Of a stretch of 64,000 nt of DNA, positions 14,424 through 27,263 are shown piece by piece (positions within the stretch are counted from its first letter, which is position 1; every line of letters starts with the position of its first letter). The position numbers and the translations under genes were made by a program. Source of the DNA: Phoronis australis (lineage: Eukaryota; Animalia; Phoronida); contig NMRA01000282.1 of assembly GCA_002633005.1 (NCBI GenBank), positions 36,547 to 100,546 of the forward strand, written 5' to 3'. The notes under the pieces were generated by a model. The model saw only the letters and a program-made list of their open reading frames with translations, had not been told where the DNA came from and did not search any database.

Positions 14424-14571
14424 CATGGCGGCGCACCATAGGGGGGCTGGGAGGCTATAGGCCCCACTTTTTTCAGTGCTGTGCTGCCTAGGGTCCATAG
14501 TGATACACCACAGGGGGGCTGGGGGGGGGGGGCTTTAGCACCCCACCTTTTTCAGTGCTGCGCCGCCCATG
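14424..14571. mobile_element. Dimeric MITE in the presumed hh 3' UTR
   Basis: CATGGCGGCGCA ... TGCGCCGCCCATG; perfect AAGAA 5-bp TSD. Confidence 0.8.
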
Positions 14572-15061
14572 AAGAAGAGCGCAGAACATGGTTCAAAACA
14601 AGACCGACTTGCTCTATACCAGCCGCGAACTTCACCTGCGATTTTGACTTGTGACTAAATTTTAGTATCGAAACCAATGCTTTTAAGTTCTACCACAATA
14701 CTAGGTGAATTACGATTTATTATTTGCTGAAATGACTGTTTCAACATTAGGGAGGACATACATATCAGAAACGCGGGAATATTACGACAAAGAAAGAACA
14801 ACTGCTAGATGTGCTATAGCAGAAACTTAGTATTACCGCTGAAGAGGTTTGTCTACACATTGCCTGGTTGTCTCCTATTCAGCGAAATTTATCACCAATA
14901 AATTACATGTGAAGGAGGATTCTGGTGAGAGTGTGAACTGAACGAAAGAAGTGCTTAATGCAACGCATTTGAGAGTGTATATATTTTTTGTCTGAAAAGA
15001 ATAATTTATTATTATAATGATCACTTTCTACTTAATATACCTTTAAGAATGGTATCTTAAA

Positions 15062-15064
<3 letters not shown>

Positions 15065-15098
<34 letters not shown>
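15065..15098. repeat. (TA)n microsatellite
   Basis: Directly visible. Confidence 0.95.
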
Positions 15099-15105
<7 letters not shown>

Positions 15106-15675
15106 CTCAGTGTTCAAGCAAACCTTGCTGGGAAGCAAAACTGAGAACAGGCCTCTATTTATAGTTTTTCAGTGAATGTGTATTTTAATTATTATTATTA
15201 TTATTATATAATAATATGGGTAGAATATCATTAATATTAGAAACGGCTCTTCGTCATTCCAGTAAACTATTACTATTTTGTATTTCAAACTGATATTAAT
15301 CTACTTGTAAAAAGCAGCAGTTGCAAATAAATGTTTTCATATAAAACTAGTGGCTCTTATAGTATTGTTATTCAACATTACTTTTTCAGGAAACACATTT
15401 TAATGTTTACCTCCAACAAGTTTGAAACCCACAGAAACAGCCAAACTGTTGTGAAACTAGTACAGGAACATCTATCCTTTGAACACAAGATGTTGCCTCT
15501 TTACAATACATGCGATTTACCAACTTTACACCAGGTGGCACCAGCAAGAAAACCCACAGATTAGGAACTATAACTGACAAATTCAACTGCATTGCTTCTA
15601 TTGAACACATTTTACAGTGTGCACAGGAAAGCCCATGGTAGTCTTCAACCAAAAGCAAAGAATTAATATTTTCAG

Positions 15676-16092
15676 TCACCTGTTATCAAACTGGTGTAAA
15701 ACTGTTCTTGCACTCTCTGACAATTCATCAGCACTCAAGTTTAGCACTACAAAGTCCGCGCTCTCTTTCATCATGTTTAAAACACTAATGACTCTCTCCA
15801 AATCAAATACCCAGTAGCTAACTTTCCTGTCATGTCCCTTTTCACAATATGACAAAATTTCTCTAAAGTCATGGTGTACGCCTCCTGGATCTTTATTGTC
15901 ACCCTTGCAACCACAACAACCAGGTTTAGGAGGATAAATGGCCAAACCAGGCAAATGGCTGGTGCCACTGTTGAAATTGTCCATACAATGTGAGTCACTT
16001 TCTTTCAAAACTTTTATCCGGTTCTCAGCAATATGTGAAATAAACTGGTAGAACTCTGCATAGTCTATGCCATTGCACGATTTTAAAATGAG
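15676..16092 (-). CDS. JMJD4: JMJD4 last coding exon
   Basis: ttgcag acceptor, then LILKSCNGIDYAEFYQF...FDLERV...; stop TGA. The joined CDS is 1344 nt (447 aa). Confidence 0.92.
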   Translation of the reverse strand, partial: LILKSCNGIDYAEFYQFISHIAENRIKVLKESDSHCMDNFNSGTSHLPGLAIYPPKPGCCGCKGDNKDPGGVHHDFREILSYCEKGHDRKVSYWVFDLERVISVLNMMKESADFVVLNLSADELSESARTVLHQFDNR

Positions 16093-16421
16093 CTGCAATT
16101 AGAAAATGTGTAGTAAAAATACACAACACAAAAAAGAGAAATGCATTTAATTTTTAAAGCACACCATTTTAAATTATTCATAACTTAAATTCGGTTGCAA
16201 CGTCAAGACAGAATTTTTTTGTTGCTGCTTATGTGGTTTCGTTCAAAGCCTATGCAGTAAAATCTCACCAATTTCGAACAGTTATAATCGTCAAAAACTC
16301 CATTTTGGTTTTTCAAGGGCTTCTAAATATTGTCTGCGGGTATCTCTAGTACAGAGCTGGAACACGGAAAAAGATTAATTTGGTGACAAATACCTGGTGA
16401 GATTTTACATAAATTTTTCGC

Positions 16422-16453
<32 letters not shown>
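16422..16453. repeat. (ATA)n microsatellite
   Basis: Directly visible. Confidence 0.95.
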
Positions 16454-16454
<1 letters not shown>

Positions 16455-17539
16455 TTTATAACAACAGCAAATGCACCCAAGTCAGAAACACCAATGGTAC
16501 CTAGCCACTAATTCTATATTTGAGTCATGGACTTGCAAAGTTGTCAGGATTTAGTCACAACTGAAACGGATTCTTACTATCAAACAATAAGTAGAAATTC
16601 AGCTGCCCTTTTGTGTGCCAAAATTTTGTTGAATTTCAATGTTGCCTAGTTTATTTCGAAAACTTTCGGGGCCTTACGGGCTCAGTATAATTTTGCCAGC
16701 CTTAACCAAAGGGATGATGAGAAAAGTAGGCCGTGTCGCACAAACCAATCGTATGAAAGCACTGACCTACTTAAACAGCACCTAAATATCTCAGAGAAAT
16801 CTGCTCAACTTATTTCTGTTTTTAGTGAAGACAGAAAGCAAAAAAGAGGCATTATTGCTTTGCACTCTCATGACAGCGTTTTCCCATTAAGTGACTTTAC
16901 CAGACCTAGGGGGTTCTGGGCGTGTGATAACATCTAGCTTCTTTGTCAACTGCCAAGCACACTCTTTTGTCTGTTATGATAACAAGCAGGCCAATTATCT
17001 AACAGGCTTATTACAGACCACATGTGAACAGAGTTAAACTCAGAGTGAATTGGTGTACTCGGAAAGAATGGATTGTTGTAACTTCGATTGCAGTTGGGCG
17101 ATTTTGGCGATTCAAAAACTAAGCATGATCACCATTTGACAAAGATTTCAGAAATGCTATTGGTTTATGTTCAAATATGTTATAACTCAACTTTCATTTT
17201 TAACAGCACAGCCCAGTCAGGGTAGATATGATCTTATTGGAGATTAGAGCAATTATCGAACAAAAGATAGCTGGCCCTCCAACCATGAATGCCAGAATGG
17301 GGTTAATCAGTCGTGTAAGATATTGGCTACAGGGGTAAACTTCCCAACTTGTTGTTGGGCTACAGAATCCAACAAGTTGGGAGCAACGGGGAAAACGTCG
17401 TAATGTTAAACAGCGCCTCTTCACTTTTGTAGCAGTTTATAAACAAGGGCACAATTTTGCCATCGGGAAATTACCGTCGTCAATATGACTGCTCATAGGG
17501 GGTCAATAGAGGCATTACGTGCTCCCTAAAGTATCATAC

Positions 17540-17683
17540 CTGACATTGTTGAGTCCAACCTTCCATACCCTGGCAGTCTGCAATCTCCCGTTGAACATCC
17601 TGCAGACTCTGCTCCAGGAAGTGCCAGGCGATGTCAATATTACATCCATTCAACCAGTTATGGTTTATGGAAATGGTGTCCTC
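17540..17683 (-). CDS. JMJD4: JMJD4 coding exon 6
   Basis: Not in the ORF track. Encodes EDTISINHNWLNGCNI...DCQGMEGWTQQCQ; phase 0 at both ends. Confidence 0.95.
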
Positions 17684-18221
17684 CTGAACAAATAATGTCT
17701 ATGTTGAAGCAGTGTTTCAGTTTCAAATTCGTGTGGGATCTTAAATAATAAAATTGCAAGGGGTCTGGTACAAAGTCTACCAGACATGCACAAGCCCTTC
17801 AAGTGGGACTAATGCACTGATCATCTTTGTTGTGTGCAAAGTTTTATCGTTTCGAGCAATTTATTTGCCCGTGTGCCGCCCTTTTCCATTATTTATTTAC
17901 GTGTTGTGAGGAATGCGTTTAAAAATCATCTTCTGAATTATTTTGCCAAGTGGTTCAAAAACGATGCTGGAAAAAGTAAGGAAAGAGTAGAATTTGTAGA
18001 AAAGTAAGAGCACCGTTATACTGTTAAACAATGAACATATGTTAGCAATGTTTATGAACTTCATTTATTAGTAAATTTATTTGCTCTCTTGAATCTCAGA
18101 TCAAATAAAAATCTATATAATTTCAAACCAGTCTTCTTTATAATGTTTGATACAGCAGCACAACCTGCAAACATTTTATGCTTTATTAATACATAATTTT
18201 ACAAAACGAGCTGAGGAGCTT

Positions 18222-18320
18222 GAGACCTGACTCAAGGGTCTAGCGGTGTGCCCCAGTGAGTCCCAAACCCATGACCTTGAGTACTGGAAATGGACACTTA
18301 TCACACTAGGCCATACTGCC
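18222..18320 (-). mobile_element. tRNA-derived SINE head fragment
   Basis: Minus strand reads GGCAGTATGGCCTAGTG (A box) ... GGTTTGGGACTC (degenerate B box). Confidence 0.5.
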
Positions 18321-18855
18321 TCTACAAATCTACAGATTGTAGAGACTGTAAAAGTATATATTTTCTGAAATTAGAAACTCTGCAGGAATTTGAATTCTGA
18401 CATTATACCAATATCTCACTAATTTTGTTGTGTAAAATGTAGCAAACAGAAAGCGTACATTCATAGAAAACAACACTATCAAAAAACATGGTCAAATTTC
18501 ATTTGATGTAAAAAAGAAAACAAAATCTCAAAAACACTACTGCGGTTTTCTAAAAGACCATTTTGTTTTCAAAAAAGGTAAGTCTTATTTTTGAAAGCCT
18601 TTCATGATGCAAAACTGAAACATTTTAAAAATAAACTCAAACAGTTCTGTACACAAATTGTGGCATGTGAAAGTTTCATGAATATTTGATAAGCCATTTC
18701 TGAGATATAACGTTCCAAAGTTAGTCTCTCACAAGGGATAAATTACTGTTAGTCTGTGCAAAGAAAAAGAACCTCACTGGAATATTTAATAAACTACAGT
18801 TATCACAATTAGTGCATCTAGACATTGCACCACTTTTCTGCTTAATTTCACTCAC

Positions 18856-19022
18856 AAGATTCCAAACTTGGTGAAACCAACCACTGGGGACAAAAATGAC
18901 CTCTCCTGCCTCCTGAATAACCTCAATTATGTGGACACCAGGTGGCACTTTTTCATCATGTAACATACTGGAAAGGTCAAAGGGCAGGTTGCCGTGCGAG
19001 TCGTTCAAAAGCTTTTCTTGCC
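18856..19022 (-). CDS. JMJD4: JMJD4 coding exon 5 (distal His)
   Basis: Encodes GQE...QEAGEVIFVPSGWFHQVWNL; GTGAG donor. Confidence 0.96.
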
Positions 19023-20226
19023 CTGTAACAAATGGCAAATAAAAACTTGAAGACAGATCACTGTGCATATGGGTAGCCCAGTGTGTCCTCAGTGTGGTAA
19101 TGACGCTGAAACCCCCTTAACACTAGATAGAGTCTTGCCCACCTTCTTATAGGCTAAGATGCAAGCTCCTAAATGACAGATTACATCCCTTCAGCATATA
19201 GTGGATGGAATAATATTATGTTTGTCTATTTCCATAAAAAATAGACTGACTTGAAAACCTCTTTCACAAAGAAACTCTAAATTGATAACAAGGCTCCCGT
19301 GAGTTTTAGCTCAGGTGTTTTGTGTAACGGGCCCAACCATTGCGCCTGAGCATGTCTGATGCACCACAAAAGACACCAGACTGCCTGTGCTATGTTTTTA
19401 CGTGACAGTACAACATAAATTCATACTCTTCTGGGATTTGATCAACAATAAACTTCAAGCCGAGATTTCAGCCTATACATATCTTGCAGTCATCATGTAC
19501 AGTACATTACAAAAGTATTCAAACAAAATAACCCAGAATTCCCCGGACGTAGAGTAGCTAGAACCCTAATTCATAACCAGAGTAGTCTTGCCTCATGTCC
19601 AAGAATGACGAGGAATTAACAGCAATGTTAGAAAGATGGATATTAGCTTAAAGCCATTTTGTAATTGTAATTTTGCCTCCCTAATATTTATTACCAGTAA
19701 TGTTGCTATTTAGCCGTCATGGCATTTGTCTAATAACTTTTTTGTCTTGAGTTGTACTGTGCTTGCCAACCTGTATGTACATATCCACATAAATCATAAA
19801 TGTACTTTAGTTGAAAATCAATGAAATTTACCTCAAGTTCATAAATGAAGGGACATTTCCTTCATCCTCAGTAAGTACATAATACGCAAATTATAAACCA
19901 GGCACGCGTTCTGTAGATGCAAGAAGTTTGTGTGAATGAAAGATTTCGCAACATGTCACCACCCAGTGAAAGCGAAGTCCGTAACCACACTAGCTTTACT
20001 CGCGAGATTCTTTCATCTACGGAATGTTACCCAACAACAAAAAGACATTCAAACCTTTCCATAACAAGACAGAAAATTTTCAAAAAACCATGCATAGTGC
20101 CAGAGTGAAGAACAGGGCAAGAAAGCCATCAACTTCAATAGGGAAGGATAACCCTTCTGAAATTTGACAGCTTCATGTCAATGCGTGGTGAACTGCCAAT
20201 GATCTCAAGGATAAATAATGACGTAC

Positions 20227-20312
20227 CTGGTGGAACCAAGACCCACTTCTTTCGACCACAGATATTGGCAGACCAACTGTAAGAACGAAAAACGTCAGCG
20301 TGGAAAGGTGTC
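20227..20312 (-). CDS. JMJD4: JMJD4 coding exon 4 (JmjC HxD iron-binding motif)
   Basis: Encodes (W)TPFHADVFRSYSWSANICGRKKWVLVPP; CAG|GTACG donor. Confidence 0.96.
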
Positions 20313-21220
20313 CTGGAAAAGATAAAAGGCACTGATAATCAACCTATTGCAAAATCTGTTGTTGGAATACCTGTGATAATGGTTAAATTTAAAAAATTGA
20401 TTTAAGAAGAGAAAAGGAATTTTTCTTCAAAGATGGGAGCTTGTCCCAAATTTTAGAAAATTCGCCTCAGTTACAATGCAATTACAGATGAACCAAACAA
20501 AATCTAACAAGATTCCTCAAATTTGGTTTTAAATGAAAAATCAATTAATTTTTGATTTCTCGAACTTTTGCAAATGCTCAAAATTTTAATGAATCTCATT
20601 TAACTCATTCCTTCCTGATCCCCCCTTATGGCGTGACTGTTTATTTTCACTCAGGGCCTGATGCCGTCTGGAGGCGTTATCTAAGAATGTATCTCACAGG
20701 GGGATCACGCCTTCAGGAGGGATAGAAGGCAGCAAGTTATTGGTTTAAGTTTAAATATATCTAGGGTATTCCCAGTTTTCTATCCAATGAGGATTGAGAC
20801 ACCATACTCTGTGTTAACTTCTTGTTTGTGAAGTTAATGCCTATTGGCTGTTATTTCTGGAATTTAGAACCATTTATCAATTCAAGGAAAAACCAGGAAG
20901 CGTGTTATCTTTGTAGTGGTTGTTGTGGTAACTTTTGAAAGGTTATAAAGATATTCCTCCCTGAAATATAGTATGTTTGTTTGATTTGAAGACTAGAATG
21001 AAGTTAATTGCCCTGAATTGTAGCCTAATTGGTGTTACATAACACTGCTGTCACCACTTAATCATCTGCTAGGGTGCTCCTGTTTATTTTATTTGAACTG
21101 ACCAGAAACAATAACAAAATGTTCAATTACTAGGAACATTCTACTCTGTGACTAGCACTGTGCACACACTCACTTGAAATTGCTGCTTTCTCACAGTTCT
21201 TGAAGTTTTTATTATGGAGG

Positions 21221-21402
21221 ATAGTGTGGATACTGATGACACTCAGGTCACATTTAGATATTGACTTCAGTGATTATGGATATGAAAGTGTGGATACTGA
21301 TGACATTGGTCACATTTAGACATTGACTTCAGTGATTATGGATATGATAGTGTGGATACTGATGGCACTGAGTGGTCAGATTTAGATACAGATTTCAGTG
21401 AT
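21221..21402. repeat. ~62-bp tandem repeat, 3 copies
   Basis: Unit AGTGTGGATACTGATG...GGTCACATTTAGA...TTCAGTGAT. Confidence 0.9.
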
Positions 21403-23152
21403 CTAGTTTATGATGAGGATATGCTACACAGAAAACTTTCTTGACATGTTTTCTGGAAATTTAAATGGATTATTTGTAAACAAACGTCTTTATTTCTGGA
21501 AAACAAAAAGTAAAACTACTTGTTCAACCCTTTATTGATATTGAACTTGGATAAATTTTACATGAAGCTCATTTACTCAAGATGTATTGCTGAAAATTTG
21601 GTAAGTATATGTTTACTAATGACTGAGTGATGAGGTTTTAATTATGTGCAGTGCTTGTGACCTAGTTCTGAGTGAAATACCCTCGACTTCAAGGGGGTAG
21701 ACATTCCACAGCTCAGCCAGGCCACTAAGCAATTTATTCCATATGGTGCTCAGGGTCGAATGAGTTAAAGAAAGTTGTAAAGTACATTTATAATGCAAGC
21801 AAACAATAAGTTAATTTTCAATACTTGTTCCATATCATAAAATTAACAAGATGAGGTTTCACCCTTATCCAACGCCAAGTCAGATACCTAAGTTGAATTG
21901 TTCTAGTGCTGACATTCACGAATCAAACTTTTTCAAATTTAATTCGAACTCAACGCTTACTTGTACATTCATTTCTCTGCCTGTTTTATTTTGCAAGCAT
22001 GTGACAGTTATTTATCAAAAAAGACCTACATTTGACATGGATGGAATTTAAAGCAGACGTGTCATCCCCAAATGCATTCGAACATGGTGCTGAACTGTAT
22101 TTGAAAAAGTCTGAGCCATGTTTGAAATTTTTGAGTCAGAGGCACATTTTAAAAGTGCAATTTTTCCTGCTTTACAAGATAAACGGTCCATATAGTCTTG
22201 TTTTTAGTCCCACATACTTTATTTGTTTGCTCTTTAATGATCGTGACATGCTGGTCAATTGAAAATAATATCTACTGCACAGTAATTTTCAGGCGGACTT
22301 TGATAAAACACTGCCAGGCTCTAGCAAGCTTAGATATTGAACCATCTTGCCAGAACTATTTGGGAGAACTTTTGTCACTGCAGTAAAGTAGTGTTGGTTT
22401 AGAACTCTTGTCGGGTTTTAATATAATGTTATTACACCTAACCACTAATTTATGTTAATATAATGGACTTGAGCAGCAAGTTGTCACAACTTTGACAGTG
22501 TGGGAGGAGAATGCATGTTGATAAAGCATAACGATTCAGTAAGAACTGAAACCGATTCTGGTAAAAATAAATGGAAATTTTGTCATGGATTTGTGCACCA
22601 AAATTGTGTCCAATTTCAACATTTATTTAAAACACTGCTGTATGTAGCTGACTGTCTGAATTAGCAGAAAGTAAGATTAGGGTGCGAAAAAAGATCCACA
22701 GTTTGTGTCATGCTCCAATAACCCTCATACCCTGTTGGCACCGAGGTGGTAATAACTTTGATAACTGGTTTTACAAGAAGCAGTAGCTTGGTTATAACCC
22801 TCTACGAGAATGGTTTAGCAAGAGGTTACAACGATTGTAACTTGGTATGAAAACATAAGGTGCAAAAGTTGTAACTCAGATGGGGGCGCTGCAGTCAAAT
22901 CTCGATGGAAACAATGGCTGCCGAAGCACTAACTGGGGTGAGTCAGAAAGAGATAGCACTGACGATTAGCAACAAAAACCTCAAACTGTAGTCACAATTC
23001 TAACTGAAAGACGTGCAAATGGTAGCTATTACAAAACATTTGTTACAAATGGGTTTAGTTGGTCTGATTAAAGAGTTGTATATAGAAAGCTTGCTATTCC
23101 TTAAGAGCATTTATTAATTTGTTACCAAAACTGACCCGCTCCTAATACCAAC

Positions 23153-23284
23153 CACGTTCCTTTTGGACCCATGTAAACAAATCTGTAGTCATCTCCTGAG
23201 TCCGTTCCTTCTAACCAGAATTCATTCAGCCAGTCTGACTGAAAATAAACCGGAGTGTTGTAGGCTTCGTAGTCTGGGAACATT
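23153..23284 (-). CDS. JMJD4: JMJD4 coding exon 3
   Basis: Not in the ORF track frame. ttccag acceptor, then MFPDYEAYNTPVYFQSDWLNEFW...DDYRFVYMGPKGT(W). Confidence 0.95.
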
Positions 23285-23404
23285 CTGGAACATCAAAGAC
23301 GAGCGTTTGGTTTAACAATTGAGGTGATACGATTCCTCCCACAATTTTGAAGTTGATAAAGCTTATAACGGAAACCAATTGAAACTGATAATTGACAGCA
23401 CAAG

Positions 23405-23613
23405 CCAAAAGTATTCAGACAAAATGACCCAGAATTCCCTGTCATGATGGCAGAAGCTGAATCAATCATCAGAGTAGTCTTCCTTCATGACGGATAATGA
23501 GGGCAAATGAACAGGAAAATTAGTAAGGTGGCTAAAGACATTCTGTGCTTAGAATTTTGAACCCCTGTACTAGTTATTACTAGCCATTTTTACTGTTAAC
23601 GGAATTAGCCATC
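23405..23613 (+). repeat. ~210-bp dispersed repeat family; other copies at 19510-19716 and 31608-31825
   Basis: All copies start CAAAAGTATTCA.ACAAAA..ACCC.GAATT, share CAGAGTAGT and end TTAGCC.TC. Confidence 0.8.
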
Positions 23614-24269
23614 AAACTTTCAGGCCATCAAACCGACATCAATCTAAAAATACTGAATTGATATCAAGGCCCAAAATGCAAAGAATTATAAGAATAAAAC
23701 TTCTTACAATTGCCCTATCATACAAATGACAAGTTCCCTATTCTGTGCCATCTGGTCATATGATGTCACAAAATTAGTCCAACTAAAATCAGTAACTAAC
23801 TGGTGTTACATGTACTACAAAATCAGGAGGCAACAGATATTCTACCGACACAGTTAAATCCAGCATTGCACATAAGAAAAGAGTTGAACAAATGACAGCC
23901 CACGTCAGAGAATGACCATTGCAACTTTGAGCCAGCTTTGCAGTAGTGTGTTCTACTTAGAAGTCTTTCTGATTTCAGGTTGTCAGGCCAGCTTGTATCT
24001 GCCAGTGGGTGGGTGTATTCTCAGAAGATGCTGGTATTAAGGTTGCATAGGACCCTAGAAAAATCTCCATTTGGCTAACTTTGGAACCTCATATCTCAGA
24101 AATGGCTGATCGTATCCATGTGAAACAGTCAGATGCTATGATTTATGCACTGTTCTCTAAAACGCTGTTAGGAATTGTTTTCAGAATGTCCCACTTTTAC
24201 ATGTCTTGAGGGGCTATAAAAAATACGACTTTAATGATTTTCAAGAAAAAGTTCAAAAGCTGCATAAAA

Positions 24270-24440
24270 CAAAATGATAATTTAGAAAATTGAACAGCAT
24301 TTTGAGATTTCATCTTAAACAATCACATCAAATGAAATTTGGTCATACTGCGGATACTGGTGTTTTACGATCAATATCAATGTAACTTTCTTTTCACTAA
24401 ATTTTACCAAAAACAGACATGATCACGCGACCTAATTACT
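24270..24440 (+). repeat. Dispersed repeat; copy at ~37170-37330
   Basis: Shared TGATAATTTAGAA...TTTTGAGATTTCATCTT...CATG.TCACG.GACC.AATTA. Confidence 0.7.
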
Positions 24441-24589
24441 GCAGGCATATCTGATAAAAAGCCTGAATTTAAATCCAACAGGCTTTCCCGTTTCAGAAAA
24501 TAGTTACTTTATACTATTACTGACTAAAATTTATAGTTTAGTATATATTTGGCAATATGTGTCTAAATAACAATACTGGGTACACAAAC

Positions 24590-24755
24590 TTGAGAAAATG
24601 CCAATCTTTGAGGTAGAGACAGTCCATGTCCAAAGGGTAGCCCTTCTGTTGATAGTCTCTCCAATACTGTAGGTATTCACACAACAACATCTCCTGCTTG
24701 CAGTGTGATCTATGCTGCTCAGTACTACAGTCAGCCACTGGCACGCTGGCTTGGC
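24590..24755 (-). CDS. JMJD4: JMJD4 coding exon 2
   Basis: Encodes VPVADC...EYLQYW...CLYLKDWHF; phases 1/2 fit the neighbouring exons. Confidence 0.93.
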
Positions 24756-24819
24756 CTGAAATCAAAGTTACGGTCTATGAATTTGGCTTGGCCTGAAATC
24801 AAAGTTATGGACTATGAAT
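24747..24819. repeat. 37-bp tandem duplication spanning the JMJD4 exon-2 acceptor
   Basis: TGGCTTGGCCTGAAATCAAAGTTA(C/T)GG(T/A)CTATGAAT occurs twice. Confidence 0.95.
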
Positions 24820-25523
24820 CCATACACTCATTATTGACAATATTCAAAAGTCAAAGACAACAAGAAGAAGATGAAAAATAAGAATGTGAATCCACATGAG
24901 AGCACAAACCACACCGGTAGGTTACCATTAAATTATAGCTACAGTAGTGCACACTTGAACTGTGACCGCACTGATGTCTGGTTTGCACACCATGATTTGG
25001 TGGTTCAGCCACCTGATTCGTTACCCAGCCCTGTACAGAAAATGCCACCTACAGAAATTTGTTCTGACACTAAAAGCATAACAAGCCCTGTGGACTTCCT
25101 CTGACAGACTTTGTCACATGCTATAATTGTACAATTATTACAAGCTATCCTCTAAGTGATTAGCCACTCTTCAGATAAAACACCAGCCATTTTGTGGGGT
25201 CTGTGGTTCAAGGAGGGGGTCATTCCCTTGCCAATTTAGCTACCTTTTGAAGGAGTTTTCAAACATGCTCCAAACATTTGAGGTTTAACAAAAGCTACAG
25301 GGCATTGCTTCTCCACATAAAACTATGATGCTACTATTTAGTTGTCAAGTTGAATTCTGAACCAATACACTTTGGGATTTATAAACATTATCACACTCAT
25401 CCAGTCTTAAATTGCTGCCGATTGAGCTGACAACTCACAGGCAACGCCAGGGCGAAGTTCAGCTTTAAGTGAGTGAGCAGTGTTGATAGGTTAAGGGATG
25501 CAAATTCTTAACACAGATCTCAC

Positions 25524-25755
25524 CAAAGTGTTCTTCAAGGAAATCCAGGTCTGGTTGTCCATCTGCTGTGAGCCAATCTGACCGACTTTTCCACTTGATT
25601 GTGGTCAAAGGAGGAAAAACACATGGCCTATTTGGTAGCATAAAATTGCTGAAGAAGTCATCATAACTGATGTTGTACTTGACATGAGTGACTTCATTAG
25701 CAGATGAATGACAGAGGTGGTCTTCTTGTGAAACTTGTGCATCTTTCTGTGACAT
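25524..25755 (-). CDS. JMJD4: JMJD4 coding exon 1
   Basis: ATG at 25755, preceded by an acceptor 6 nt upstream. Encodes SYDDFFSNFMLPNRPCVF...W...DW...PDLDFLEEHFG; G|GTGAG donor. Confidence 0.92.
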
Positions 25756-26029
25756 TTCAGCCTGTTAACAAAAATCAAGAAAAATTATCTTGACAGTGTC
25801 GCGGGCAATTCCATAAGAACCACGACCAAGATTAAAAAGAGCCCCTGTGGAAACAAAGGGCAATAAATTTTCTCAGGGCTCTTTCATCTGAAAAAAACAA
25901 CCATTTGACAGTTGAATCCTACACAATGCTTGGTGATAGTTCCAGAGCTTAAACGTTGCGCCAAATTGACTCTAGGTACTGGGAAAGAAAGATAAACAAA
26001 AATAAGACGACAACCAATCATAGAGTTAG

Positions 26030-26135
26030 ATTTCAATCAGCAATTAGTGCCTCGAGATTTGGTAAGATTGGGAACATCTCATCACTTCTATCTTTGTCAA
26101 CAGACGGTGAATACGGTCGTACATGCAATATACGA
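26030..26135 (+). mobile_element. Degenerate CR1/L2 LINE reverse-transcriptase C-terminal fragment
   Basis: GKIGNISSLLSLST / VNTVVHAI across a frameshift resembles the recalled L2/CR1 motif IGRIRxYLS...TLVHA. Confidence 0.3.
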
Positions 26136-26654
26136 TTCCTCAAGCAAGGACTCACACCCAGGCACAAGCTCGACCAAAGATTTTCTACTCAATGCTTGCG
26201 TTAAAGCCCACATGCTGAAGGGTATCAGCCAACAAGGCCAAATACTTTGAGCACTGACCATGCAAAGTGAATGCTATCTATCGACTAATCTCCGTTTTCT
26301 CCCGATTCTTCGAGCCACATTTCTTATTTTTCAAAAGAATATGCACAAAAGGCATTTATCGAAAAACTGCCACTTCCTTAGCAGCAGTTTTGAATGCTAA
26401 CATACATTAGCAGTGATCATTCAGCATAACATGCAAGTGGTACCCACACAGCCTCAAGTCTCTGGGAAAATTTGGAGGGCCTACAGGCAATACCATTTTT
26501 TTGTCCTTTTTTCTTACAATTTTAATGTGCTACAATGCATCAATGAATTTAGGCAATTACATCGCCGTGGATGCCGCAAGGGCAATAGTACATTCCAACA
26601 AAAAGTTACGAATTTCAAAATACAGAAATTAAAATCAAATGAAACGTGCATGTA

Positions 26655-27140
26655 TGCCCATGGAGTTATAATTAATACATACCATAAGTCTGGAGATGAT
26701 TCAGTCAAGACAATTTGAACATATCGTTGAAAATCTGTGGCGGTTAGCTCGAGTTTCTCTCAACGGGTACCAATTTGAGGAAGTTACATGAAATCACGCA
26801 TGTTGTCGAATAAAAAGTCCAAGGGACACAAATCTTACAAATGTCACCCGATACCTTCCCATGCTATTTTGCAAGTCACGCGCCAGTGTCACGCGCTTCG
26901 CTCAGTTTCGCGCTAGCCTAACTCACGTGTTTCAGTTGAAGTACTTTGTGGTTATTGCGCGCATGGTGAAAAAGTTAACAGTGACCAAAAAAGTGGGGTT
27001 GGAATTCTTCGTAACTATGCTTCACCAGAGATATGTGTAAAAGTGGAAAGGACCACTGAAGCACTGAAGAAAGTAAGCACTTTTTTTAAATGATAGTTTT
27101 AAGTGTGGAATGTATTTTTAACAAGGTGAAAATTAATTCT
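26655..27140 (+). repeat. Dispersed repeat; second copy at ~52324-52790
   Basis: Collinear similarity (CATGGAGTTATAATTAAT; AAGTCCAAGG.ACACAAATCTTACAAAT; TTGGAATTCTTCG). Confidence 0.85.
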
Positions 27141-27263
27141 TTATCGTTGACCGGATTTGGCCTACTGCCCGCTTAGAATACACGGTACGAAATTCATACA
27201 GAAAGTGATGGGAAGCATTGTAGCCCCTAACATGTCAACCGAGGGGCTACGTGTTGCCTAGGC

